64,000 nt of DNA from Octopus bimaculoides (Eukaryota), in NCBI RefSeq assembly GCF_001194135.2, contig NC_068985.1:56211721-56275720 (forward strand). The letters run 5' to 3'. Numbering within the stretch: position 1 is the first letter of the stretch; each line of letters starts with the position of its first letter. Under the pieces are notes generated by a model. It did not search any database, had not been told where the DNA came from, and was given only the letters and a program-made list of their open reading frames with translations. This document shows positions 38,802 to 50,820 of this stretch, piece by piece. The translations under genes were made by a program, and so were the position numbers.

Positions 38802-39744
38802 AAGAGAGAGAGAAATAGAGAGAGAGGGAGAAAGAGAGAGAGAGACTCACCTATACTATATGAACTTACTACATCACTACACTATGCTTGTACTACACAT
38901 CCAAAATTCACGACCACGTTACACGGCCATATCATACTATCACACTGCCACACCATACTATCACATTACTGTAAAAACGTATGTCACTATTTACATACAT
39001 TCAAGGGAATAAAATCATCGAGATTCAAACGTCTCTCTTGTTTTTGTTGCTATTTAAAGAAAGATTCAGTGGAGTAAATCCATCTGGTTCTCACTCTATT
39101 AAAACTTCGTTAATGGCTGAATATTACAGTCTTCTTACTTCGTATTGTTTTAATTTGTCTTTTAAAGTTTTGTAATATCAATTCTTTCACACAATAGCTC
39201 ATTCCTGTTCTCTAAATAATCTGATCTCTAAGTCTTTGGTGTTAAATTCCTTATCATGATTTTCACAGAAATTCCCTCTTTGGCAATTCACTTATAAAAT
39301 TCGACAAACTTCTATAATTTTGTGCTAAGGATTCTGTCCAATTATGACCCACTTATCTAGTTTATACGGAACGTGATGTAACAAATATAAATTGCTTTCA
39401 GAGCCTGGACCTTTGCTGTAAGGAATAGTGTTTCTGTTTTAGGCTTCCAATCTGATTTTCTTGTTTGTAATTATAATTTAACTTCTACAAAATTTTAATT
39501 AGCATTCAAAATACCCTTAGTATATTTCTCAAATTATTGATGAATATTAATTAGTGAGGCCAGTTAGATAAACTTGGATTCCTGAGACATGGCTAGCTTG
39601 AACAATATGAATGCATGGATTCTAAAAACTTAGACACACTCGTCAGACGCGGTCATTAAAACAGGAAACCACTGCATTCTAGAAAAATTTCTATAAACTT
39701 TCTATTGAGCGGCGATTCAAATTCATGGGTGTAGGCAAAGTCAT

Positions 39745-39870
39745 ATGGTTAAGGATTTCACTTCATAACAACATAGTTTCGTGTTCGGTTCCACTGTATG
39801 GTATTTTGCTCAAGTGTCTTCTACAATAGCATCGGATCGCCAAAACCTTGAGAATGGAATTTGGCAAATG
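39745..39870 (+). mobile_element. Degenerate SINE family A head
   Basis: GTTCGGTTCCACTGTATGGTATTTTGCTCAAGTGTCTTCTACAATAGC..GGATCGCCAAAACCTTG. Confidence 0.6.
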
Positions 39871-40132
39871 AGATGGAAAAGGAGGGAGTGAAACAGTTGA
39901 TTCTGAAGGATAGAAATCAATATAAATCACGGTGTGGAATTGACCGAATTAACTATTTCGATAACATTTAGATTATGCATTAAATTGCTCAGGTGTAGGC
40001 TTCTCTTCTTGGCCCTTGTACGCCTTCTATTTTAGTTTTATGTTCTTTCTGGCCATCTACGCTTTTCTTTGATATTTCTTATGTCTCAGCTTCATTTCCA
40101 TCGTCAGAAAATAGTGGGGTGGTATTACTGAA

Positions 40133-40173
<41 letters not shown>

Positions 40174-40239
40174 NNNNNNNNNNNNNNNNNNNNNNNNNNN
40201 NNNNNNNNNNNNNNNNNNNNNNNNNNNNNNNNNNNNNNN

Positions 40240-40291
<52 letters not shown>

Positions 40292-42427
40292 AGGGTGTGT
40301 GTGCGTGTGCATGTGAGACCTTAGTTTCTCATTCATCGACTTCCTGGTACTCACTTGGAGATCAAAGCAAGGTGATCTCATCTGCCGTTTCAGTCCATGC
40401 TTCTCTTTCGACTTCTCTAGATCATCTGGATAAAAAAGTCATTAAACGATCCTTACTGCTATATAAAACTCTGCTGTCACATGTTTAGCATCTGGAAATT
40501 CTGCCGTATATTACCAGTCTTGAAGACCATCTATCAGTACATGCTACGGGACAGCAATTCTGGAATCCCTTTGTAGTTTACAGAGTTATCAGGATTTGTA
40601 TGTTCACAGAAACCCCTTACAACTCAATATTATTAAGGGCCACATCAACACACACCATTTCCCCATATTATTCCACAAATTGACACTGAGCTAAGGGACG
40701 ATGCCGTTTCCGATATAGCCATATTTACGAGACAAGGAAACTAGCTGCCCTTCGTCTGGCAAAGAATGGGTGGTTTGCTGATCATCTGAATAAAATACAG
40801 CTGATCGCAGGATCTGCTTGACACATGATAGCAGCTCTTCAAAACAAACCTGCGGATCATTAAAACACAGATAATGTACAAATGTGTATAAGACGATTCC
40901 CTCATCTTGCATTCATCTTGATTAGATTCGGCTGCTGGCATTTCCGTGCTTGTAGACTTTGCTATAAACTGGTGATTCTTTCCACTTCACTCTTTGGTCC
41001 AAACATTTTGGAAATTGTCCATAATCAAACAACCTGAATGTTATTTAGAAGAGACTGTTCAAACTATCCTGATGAAACCTTAGAGTAGTTCCCAGACCAT
41101 AGACGCTCTGAGGGATTTGTTGCTGTGACTGCATTATTTAGGTATATCTTCCAACTTTTGTGGTTGATAGGAAATCATATTCGTGATATTCTTTGGATGC
41201 CTGTAGTAGAAGTTGTTTTTGTTGCTGTAGCTGTGGCTACAGCACTCCAACTATTGCTGTTTGTTCTGCAGTGTCCTAATATGTTATGTTGTAATTTGTT
41301 GTAAAGCGTTTCAGAGAGCAAGATGAAAAATGAAAGACAGCTTGGTTAACCACTGTACCTGTCTCCCGTCCCAGTCGTCTTGATCTAATCTTTCCCCTGG
41401 ATTGAAGGTGGTCATGGACGAGAGAGTGAAGTTGACGTACATAATTCTTTTTCTCTTTAAACAGAACCAAGAATGACTAGAAGGTCCTAGTCACTCCGAC
41501 GGACGAACGTGTATAGTCTACTGTGTTTTGTTGCGTTCCGTATAGTTTAGAAATATCCTGCCCATACTTTTGACTGTCAGCTAATAACTTTATTCACGCA
41601 CTCTCTCTATGTTTTAGCCATACATTCTTCTCATAAATATATAATTACAATGTTAAGTTTATTCTTTGAAACATACACATAAACACACAAACACGCATGA
41701 ACACACATACATATTGAAAAGAATATATCAATTAATATTTGATTACGTGGGTGTCATAAATAGTGTCCATTGATTAGATATTCATACTAAAAGGTGACTC
41801 TCAATGAATAATTAACCCTGTTTATTGTAATTTCCCACGTGTGCGTCTGTGTGTTATTCTGCAGTGTGTTTCCTAGAATATTTACCATGCTATAGTGAAG
41901 GCAAGTGGCCTCATGGTTAGAGTACTGGCTTCACAACCATAACGTCTTCAATACCTGCTCAAGGCAATCTGTTATATTTTTGAGTAAAATACTTCATTTC
42001 ATGTTGCTTCAGAGTCCTCTAAAAAGAATGTTGGCCAAGTGCTGGTTCAACTATCTCCCTCTCTTTTTCCTCCCCCTCTCTCTCTTCCCCCTATCTTTTC
42101 CCTTCCTCTCTCTCTTTTCCCTCCCCTCTCTCTCTTTTCCTTCCCCTCTCTCTTTTCCCTCCCCTCTCTCTCTTTTCCTTCCCCTCTCTCTCTTTTCCTT
42201 CCCCTACTCTCTCTTTTCTCCCCCCCTCTCTCTATATATATACATACATACACNNNNNNNNNNNNNNNNNNNNNNNNNNNNNNNNNNNNNNNNNNNNNNN
42301 NNNNNNNNNNNNNNNNNNNNNNNNNNNNNNNNNNNNNNNNNNNNNNNNNNNNNNNNNNNNNNNNNNNNNNNNNNNNNNNNNNNNNNNNNNNNNNNNNNNN
42401 NNNNNNNNNNNNNNNNNNNNNNNNNNN

Positions 42428-42486
<59 letters not shown>

Positions 42487-42506
42487 AATACACACACACA
42501 CCCATA

Positions 42507-43421
42507 TAGGCTGATCAAGATGCTCTCCTGCAATGTGACCAAATGGGGTTTATTTTTCAACACAGTCCCCTTTGCAGTCTACACTTCTTTCATCGGTGTT
42601 GCAGTGCTTCAATCCAATTGGTAAAGAAGCTTCATCCTGTTGCTTAAAAACGTTAACAGCAGATATGGCGTCACCATTACGGTGATACTGGTTCTCAGCC
42701 AAGTGTTCTTTCATGTTAGGGGACAAATGATATTCAGATGGGGCCAAATTAAGAAAATAGGGACAGTGATCGGCCAAATTAAGAAAATAGGGACAGTAAT
42801 CGACCAATTCAAAGCTACAGTCACGCACAGCAACCATTCAAAGTAAGAACTTGTGTGCTGGTTCATTGTCCTCATGAAACAAGACCCCCTTTCGTCAGTT
42901 TTCCTGGGCGTTCGGTCTTGATATCCTTTTGTAATTGCCTCAGCAAGTTGGCATAGTACTTTCTACAGATGGTGTGGTACTTTTGAAGATAGGCAATAAA
43001 CACAATGCTTTTTACATTACAAAAACTGAGGTTATCACCTTCCCTGTAGATAAAACGACCTTCGCCTTCTTTAGTGCAAGTGAAGAGGTGTGTTTCCACT
43101 GCATGGATTGTCTCTTTGTCCTTCACTCAAAGTGATGAATCCAACACTCATCCTGGCTTAGGAAACATTCAAGGAAACCATTTGGATGTGACTCAGTGTC
43201 AGATTTTCTCGTGATGTGATTAGCCTGTTGCGCTTTTGATCAGGTGTCAGAAGATGTGGCAGAAACCTTCGTTATGCCAAGTTCGTTGTCCAGAAAGATC
43301 TCAATTTTCTTACAGAATATGCTAATAGCATTGGCTATTTGATTTATAGCCAATCGCTTGTCGACCATCAGCATGTGGTGAACAGGATCAATGTTTTCCT
43401 CCGTGGTGGCAGTTGCAGGAC

Positions 43422-43423
<2 letters not shown>
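42507..43423 (-). mobile_element. Mariner transposase pseudogene (catalytic region to 3' TIR)
   Basis: RC: RPATATTEENIDPV, WIHHFE, KKAKVVLSTGKVITS, LLRQLQKDIKTERPGKL, FHEDN, HCPYFLNLAPSEYHL, DCKGDCVEK*; TIR-like GGCTGATCAA at ~42509. Confidence 0.9.
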
Positions 43424-43464
<41 letters not shown>

Positions 43465-43611
43465 GGCACAAAATCTAAAATTACAGGTAAAAAACTCAAT
43501 TAAAATCAATTTATAAAAAATTAAAATTAAATTGAGCCTTATAGATAAAGTATATATATGTGATAGTGGATTTTCATCGATGAGTTCTTGAAAATTGGTT
43601 ATTTTCCCTAA

Positions 43612-43680
<69 letters not shown>

Positions 43681-43724
43681 TGTATGTATGTATGTATGTA
43701 TGTATGTATGTATGTATGCATGCA

Positions 43725-44130
43725 TATATGTCCTGGATATGACTCTAAGCTGCATCCGGTAATGGAGCTCCAGTTCAGGAGTTCCAGGGTTTTGAGGAAT
43801 GTGGAACCACTTCTAGATTGGAGCAGTAATACCCGTTGGGGTCCTAGCTATGGGTTAATTAGTATATGAGCGCCGGGGCGTAGAAATACTCGGGTAGGTG
43901 GCCTGGAACGCAGCAAACCCACTGAAGGCGATGGAACCCGTCTAGGAGAAGGGTTAACTCGTATATAAAGCCGGAGCTCTGCTGACTCGGATATATTGTA
44001 CTTTGTTTATCTCTAGGTTCTTTGATATTGCTAGTGAAAGTCGTTGTGGAGTGGACAAGCCGCACTCGACATAAAATCCTTGCATGGACATTACTGACAC
44101 TACATGTCAGTGATGGTCATGCTCGTCTAA
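43725..44130 (+). mobile_element. SINE-like fragment followed by RTE-type LINE 5' UTR-like sequence
   Basis: GTCCTGGATATGACTCTAAGCTGCATCCGG...; then CGCCGGGGCGTAGAAATAC...GGCGATGGAACCCGTCTAGGAGAAGGG, resembling RTE 5' ends (recalled pattern, not searched). Confidence 0.45.
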
Positions 44131-44652
44131 CGAGTAGACAGCCATCATATATATAAACATAAACACACACACGCATAGAGTTTATAGGTCCAATATAGGT
44201 AGAATCAACAAAAAAGTACTCCAATGAGTGTTAAATATCAATTTAATACACTTACTGGAAGAGCTGTTGAAAGATCTTGTTGTCTGCTAGAGAATGGTAG
44301 GGATTCGCTCCCCTGCAAGCAATATATATGTATGTACAAGATGTAGTGCTGTACCGATAACCAGCTGGCGGAAAATCTGCCTGGGATTAAACTAGTTGTA
44401 ACATGGAACAGCCATGTTAAACAAGAGTTAACATGGGGTTAAACAGTAGTAACATAGAACAGATGTGGCGATTAACTTTACAGGTTAGTATAGTTACTAC
44501 TCTGATCTCTTCTTGTGATAGCTACTTTGCTTAGGTATGTACATATATGTATGTATACGTGCATAGGCTCATATATCATTTGTATTATTATATTATCGAA
44601 CGCTACAGGTCTATTTGCAAGTAAGTTTTAACTTTATATTTCTGACGCGCAC

Positions 44653-44728
<76 letters not shown>

Positions 44729-45009
44729 CCCGTCCCAGCTTGTATATGTAAAATCAGCATAAGCACAAGCCTCCCGCAATAAAAGAGAACACCACCGAAG
44801 TCAGCACTACATCATATCCTGACGATGAGGCTGAGATTACCTGGAAGAGCTGATAAAGATGAATTTGGAAACGTTGTTTTTCATCCAATATTACAACGGT
44901 TTGATACGCATAAAAAACCTCCTCTGAAAAGATTCTATTGGAGCATAGTCGTAGATCAGATCTAACAGAAAGTTGTTGAACATACATACATACATACATA
45001 CATACATAT

Positions 45010-46100
45010 GCCTTTGAATGTCGCATCATATACCTTCGGCAACATCTTTTAACCACCAAGTGCCGAAGTGCATCCCTTGACCAATTTTGCATACATGTGG
45101 CTGATAACGTCATAAGACTTGGGAGGCAGCTCCTTGAGAAGCACTCTTTGTCTGATAACCTAGGATACATGCCCAAAGAAGTCACACGACTCTACCGCAA
45201 TGTATCATCAGATGAAAGGATGAGCCTATATGAGGAGAAGGCTATGTATGGATATGGCAGTAGAAAGCTCCGTGATGATAGTAACATCGATCATCAAAGC
45301 AGTTTATCATGGACCAATAGCCGGATTACTACCTTCCACTTTGAAGGGTATGTGTTTGCAATCCAGGAACAGGAAATATCAACCAAGTACCTGAGGCACA
45401 AAAGGGAGAGAGATACAGGGAAAGCAGTAAAATGTGACAACTGATACAGACTTTGTGGAGTTAACACCGAAGACATCACCCACATCATAAGCAGTTGTCC
45501 GAAAATGTCATAACGGTATTATCTACCGATGAGACATGATGTTGTAGCTAGGACATTCTATAATGAAATCCGTGAGAAGGATAATCCTGAGGACAGAAGT
45601 ACCCACAATATGGTAGAAGCCATAGGAATACTGGTGGAATGTACCAGTGGAGACCTTAATAAAATGTAAGTACAACAAACCTGACATAATGATTTGGGAT
45701 AGAGAAGAGAAACTGTGCACAGTTGTGGAAATTAGCTGCCCAGCGGATGTTAACATGAAGTTGACAATCAGTGAAAAAGAGAAGGCCTATACTGAACTAT
45801 TGAGAAATCTACAATTACTCTAGCCAGATTACAAGTTCAGGTTTATACCTGTAATTATTGGGGCCCTAGGATATGTAACACACTGCCTAAATACCAATCT
45901 TGAGAAATTAGGCTTCTCAAAACCAAAAAGGAGAAAGCTAATTCGAAGACTACAGATCCAGTCCGTCACTGAAACTGTAAAAATCTGTAAAACTTTCCAG
46001 AAGTTTATCATCTAAATATATATGAGCATGTCTAGGAGCCTTTGATCTAGGTTAGAAACCAGTTCTTTCTCTATTGGCAAGAAATCTTGAAATAAACTGA
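45010..46100 (+). mobile_element. R4/Dong-like RLE-type non-LTR retrotransposon, 5'-truncated 3' end
   Basis: EGYVFAIQEQEISTKY; zinc knuckle (*YRLC..NTEDITHIISSC..RH); restriction-like endonuclease motif YNKPDIMIWD..VVEISCPADVN..EKEKAY..FIPVIIGALG; ends with TFQKFII*. Confidence 0.88.
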
Positions 46101-46316
46101 ATGACATACATACACACATACATACATGCATGCATACATACATACATATATACATACATACATACATACATATAAATACATACAAACATAAACGTTCATT
46201 TATATACATGCTTGCGTACATTACTTACATATATACATACATGCATATACTCATGCATATATACATATATACTTTACATACTTACATATATACAAGCATG
46301 CATGCATGCATATATA

Positions 46317-46368
<52 letters not shown>

Positions 46369-47410
46369 CTTACGTACACACATACATACGTTCATGCATG
46401 TGTACATATATGCATTTATACGTATGTGCGTGTGAGTATATATGTGTGTGCGCACGCATTTGTTTATGCATCAGTAAGTTAAATTAGCAGTACATATCGA
46501 ATTCTGTGCATCTGTGCACCCCAGAAGGATTAACAGTTATGCATAGCATAGAACAGAATAGTCTTAATGTTGAAGTAGATGTGATCTTTGCCAATTGTTG
46601 ATCGTTGGAATCAGATATTATGTGAAGGAAACTAAAAGTTACTGCTGTACAGCGATCTTCTAGCTTGAAACAAGTCACGAAGCGTCCACTTTAATGACAT
46701 CGATACTCGATAACCAATCAATAATACACTGTTTAAAGACTGTGATTAAATTGTTTTGCTTCTACGAAGTACCATTTCGATACCTCGTAAAGTCTGTAAA
46801 CACTTCATTTGGATTACTGCTTTCAACTGTCGAATTTTACTGTATTATTTTCACATTAGACTGAATGAAAGAAGACGATATTGTGCAAATATAATACCGG
46901 CCTCATTGTGTGGTACCATTATATTTTTACATCCTTTATCATTTTTTCCCTTTCTGATTCTTCCGTATTTATAACAGAGTCTCTAATAATAAGGAAACGA
47001 AAGGAAACATATTTTTGACATCCCGTATTTGAAGTCAGGGAATTTTAAATCCCATTGTGTATAAATACCAAAATAGGTACCTTCAGTCAGATTTCTTGAC
47101 ACCATAAAATAATTTACTAGAGTTGGAACAGTTCAATAATCGATAAATCAGTTTTTGTCATGTTCCAGCGTTAATACATAGTCTCTGTTTGATTGATTTA
47201 GTCTATTGTTCAATTCGTTTCAGGTTTGTCTCGCATCTAACCATTCGATTACATTATTATAGTCGTGGTAGTAATCACAATAGTAATAGTTGTGACTAGT
47301 CCTGTAAACTATAAGATGTTAGGTCATGGAAGCCCACATGGAGGGACCGCCTTCATATATGTATGTATATATATATATTCTGGGTGTGCTTACTCGTGTA
47401 TATATACAGA

Positions 47411-48200
47411 ATGCGGTGAATAACTGTCGTCTAAATTACGCAAAAATAATAATATTGACATCGCATTTTAACAAATATATTTGCCAAAATTACATAAAAT
47501 TATCTTGAAATACTAAAAAGTAAACTTATTCAATAAAATCACCATTGGCTTCAACCACAGCCTCCACACAACTACGGAATCTCCTGCAACTATTCTGGAC
47601 AGTCTCCTTGTTTAAGTTGGCGAATGATACCATAATCTTTGCCTTCAGTTTATCTTTGGTGTTACAAGGAGTTCTGTTGGTCTCCCTCCCTCAACTATGC
47701 ATCACACATAATAATCAAGGGGGTTGCAGTCTGAGGAGTTAGGTGGCTAGATGTTAGGGGTGATGTGGTCACAGAAATTGTCTGACAGTCACGACTGGGT
47801 TCTCTTGCTTGTGTGGTATGGTGCAGAGTCCTGTTGCCAGACATAGGGTGTTCCAGCAGCCACGTTCTTGACCCAGGGCAACACTACCTCTTCCTGGTAC
47901 TTGATGTAGGCTTCCGTGTTGAGTGTGAGGCCGTGTGGAAAGATGGAGGCATAACGTCACCATCACTATTGATCACTCCAAACACCATGATGTTGACTGG
48001 ATGTTTGATTTTAATTACTCTCGGTACATTTTCTAAGATTGCGCTGTCCTCAGATTGACACCCAAACACTCTGAAATGTTCGTATTGGAGCTTCCGGCGC
48101 GAACGCCAAGCAGTACAGCATGTCGTTTCCACGTTTCTGGCAGAGTGAATTGCGTCATGGTGCCCGACAGAGTTTATACGCATACCCCAAAACATTTCCC
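47411..48200 (-). mobile_element. maT (DD37D) transposase pseudogene, 3' half
   Basis: RC: KIKHPVNIMVFGVINSDGDVMP, YVWQQDSAPYHTSKRTQS*LSDNFCDHITPNI*PPNSSDCNPLDYYV*, with 37 residues between the two Asp; CRRFRSCVEAVVEANGDFIE*. Confidence 0.88.
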
Positions 48201-48322
48201 GTAAACGAACTTAAAGGACACANNNNNNNNNNNNNNNNNNNNNNNNNNNNNNNNNNNNNNNNNNNNNNNNNNNNNNNNNNNNNNACACACACACACACAC
48301 ACACACAAAAATCAGTCTAATA

Positions 48323-48477
48323 GGCCAAAAGTCACCCGACAGTAAATCAAAATTCCATAAATACTATCTTTAATTCTCTGTTGACTCGAATTGAAAAATA
48401 TGTCACCCAAGAAGGACTTCAGTTTAATATATGATGGAATTAAATGGTTTTGATTTACTGTCGGGTGATTTTTGGCC
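48323..48477. mobile_element. ~155-bp MITE with 30-bp TIRs (Tc1/mariner-like)
   Basis: GGCCAAAAGTCACCCGACAGTAAATCAAAA (48323-48352) matches the RC of 48448-48477 at 29/30; TA-rich right flank. Confidence 0.85.
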
Positions 48478-49333
48478 AACTATATATATACACATACACA
48501 TACAACTATATATATATATATATACACACATACACACACACATATGTACATATATATGTATGTGTGTGTATACACATAGAAACACGCAAGAGTTACGGAA
48601 TGGAGTTACGGTACGTAAAATCCGGATTACTTATGTTTCATAGCGAGCGGAACCTCAGGAGTGGTAAAAATCCAAGCGAAGTGTATATCACCGGCTATTC
48701 CACAGGCCAAGGCTAACTTGATTCAATTAAAGGTTACATTGTTGTAAAGATGTACATGTTGACGTATGGAAGATTCAATCAGAATGTGTAGAGGGCAAAG
48801 TAGGAGTGGAGTAGAAGAAAGCTTTCCATCGTATCTGTCGAATCAATTCGTTTGTAGCGTGAATAACGAGTTTCATGTACTCGGTTTTGTTGGTAAGTGG
48901 GATATACTTAAGCGATAAATTTAATTTCATTTTCTCCATTCTCTAGAAGGCCTTTAGTCTACATGGTAGAATTAAGATAAGACGTGCAAAAGTAACGCTA
49001 ATAAGAAAGAATGTGACCCTTTCGGACTTGGAAATATATAAGTAAAAAACAAGACAAACCAAATTTAAAGTAAATTTAAAATCTACGACAAGAGCGGAAA
49101 AATCCCCAACTGACCAAGAAAGCGGTCAGGCTAAAAAGGATGGACATTTTAGATACAGGATGGTCACGTGATACCGTTTAGGAAGGGAGATAAAAGAGCG
49201 TGTAATAAGGGGTAGAGAGTAAAATAGAGTGGGAGAGGGAAAGGTCGTATTAAGAGAAGAAAGAGTAGGAATAAGTGATACGGAAAAGGGAGAGAAAGGT
49301 GAAGAACATATTTTGCCCACCCCCACCACCGCA

Positions 49334-50570
49334 CGTGGTCTGATCAATAAGTATCCGGTCGGCTGCCGTTGGAACGAAGCTGAAGCATATTGACCTTAAA
49401 CTCTGCTGTGCATGCGCACAAAGTTTTAACGTTCTAGCTCATTTCCCCTTTTTATAGTGCTTGGAAGGGACGTGTGTAGCGTGTGATCGTCGCATTGACC
49501 AAGAGTCTGCATCAAATTTTGTCAAAAGTTTGGTGGTACCTGCTCAGAGGCCTACACAAAGTTACAGAAAGTGTATGGAGAGGAGTATATGAGTCGAAAA
49601 ATGTCGATAGTGACGAACGTTCTGGGAGACCTGCAACCAGCAGAACTGAGAAAAATATCGCAGCTGTGAGAGGAAATCGTCGAATCACCATCCGTGAGTT
49701 ATCAGAAAATGTGCAGATTAATTACGGTTCAGTTCAGTCCATTATCACTGAAGAGTGGAGGCGCAATGGCCCAGTGGTTAGGGCATTGGACTCGCGGTCA
49801 TAGGATCACGGTTTCGATTCCCAGACCGGGCGTTGTGAGTGTTTATTGAGAGAAAACACCTAAAGCTCCACGAGGCTCCGGCAGGGGATGGTGGCGAACC
49901 CTGCTGTACTCTTTCACCACAACTTTCTCTCACTTTTACTTCCTGTTTCTGTTGTGCCTGTAATTCAAAGGGTCAGCCTTGTCAGACTGTGTCACGCTGA
50001 ATATCCCCGAGAACTACATTGAGGGTACACGTGTCTGTGGAGTGCTCAGCCACTTGCACGTTAATTTCATGAGCAGGCTGTTCCGTTGATCGGATCAAAT
50101 GGAACCCTCGACCTCGTAAGCGACGGATTGCCAACAACAACAACAACAATTATCACTGAAGGTTTGGGTATGAGACGCGTGTCTGCTAAGTTTGTACCAA
50201 AGCTGTCTTCAGCTGACAACGTACCTGCCCATCCAGCACAGCTTGTGCAGCAGTTTTTGGCTCGACACAGCATTCCCCAGGTCCGACAGCCACCGTATTC
50301 TCAGATCTCGCCCCTTGTTACTTTTTTCGTCCTTCCAAAAAATTAAATCCTGCTTGAAAGGAAGAAAATTTCAGGACGCCGAGGAATTCAAAATGGCAGC
50401 TGCTGATTATCCCAGAAAACGAGTTCCAGGAATGCTTCCATCAATGGAAACAGCGCTGGATTAAGTGTGTGGCTTCCGAAGGGCACTACTTTGAAGGAGA
50501 TTAAATGCCAAATTGGTACGTATAGTAGTTTTCTATAGCATCAGTCCGGATATTTATTGATCAGACCTTG
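49334..50570 (+). mobile_element. Internally deleted mariner element with both TIRs, interrupted by SINE B
   Basis: TIR GGTCTGATCAATAA.TATCCGG at both ends; transposase remnants CIKFCQKFG, ERSGRPATSRTEKNIAAV, RRITIREL, GMRRVSAKFVPKL, DNVPAH, QPPYS, LKGRKF, KGTTLKEI. Confidence 0.92.
49754..50148 (+). mobile_element. SINE family B, full-length, with 13-bp TSD inside the mariner ORF
   Basis: TSD ATTATCACTGAAG at 49741-49753 and 50149-50161; (CAA)n tail. Confidence 0.93.
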
Positions 50571-50595
50571 TATGTACGTATGGATGTGTGTGTGT

Positions 50596-50677
<82 letters not shown>

Positions 50678-50689
50678 TTATGTATGTAC

Positions 50690-50820
50690 AAGCGCAGATA
50701 TAGCCATGTGTTTAAAAAGTTCGCTTCGCAACCATGTATTTTCAGGTTTGATTCCACTGCGTGGGACTTTGGGCAAGTGTCTCCTAATATGTGCCGAACT
50801 GACCAACGTCTTGTGAAGAG
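50690..50820 (+). mobile_element. Degenerate SINE family A head
   Basis: GCGCAGATATAGCCATGTGTTTAAAAAG...GATTCCACTGCGTGGGACTTTGGGCAAGTGTCT. Confidence 0.65.

Noticed and set aside
47700-47800. Three Trp codons converted to stops in the maT fragment, suggesting directed G-to-A editing
   Set aside because: TGG needs only one transition to become a stop; three events in a decayed copy do not support a mechanism.
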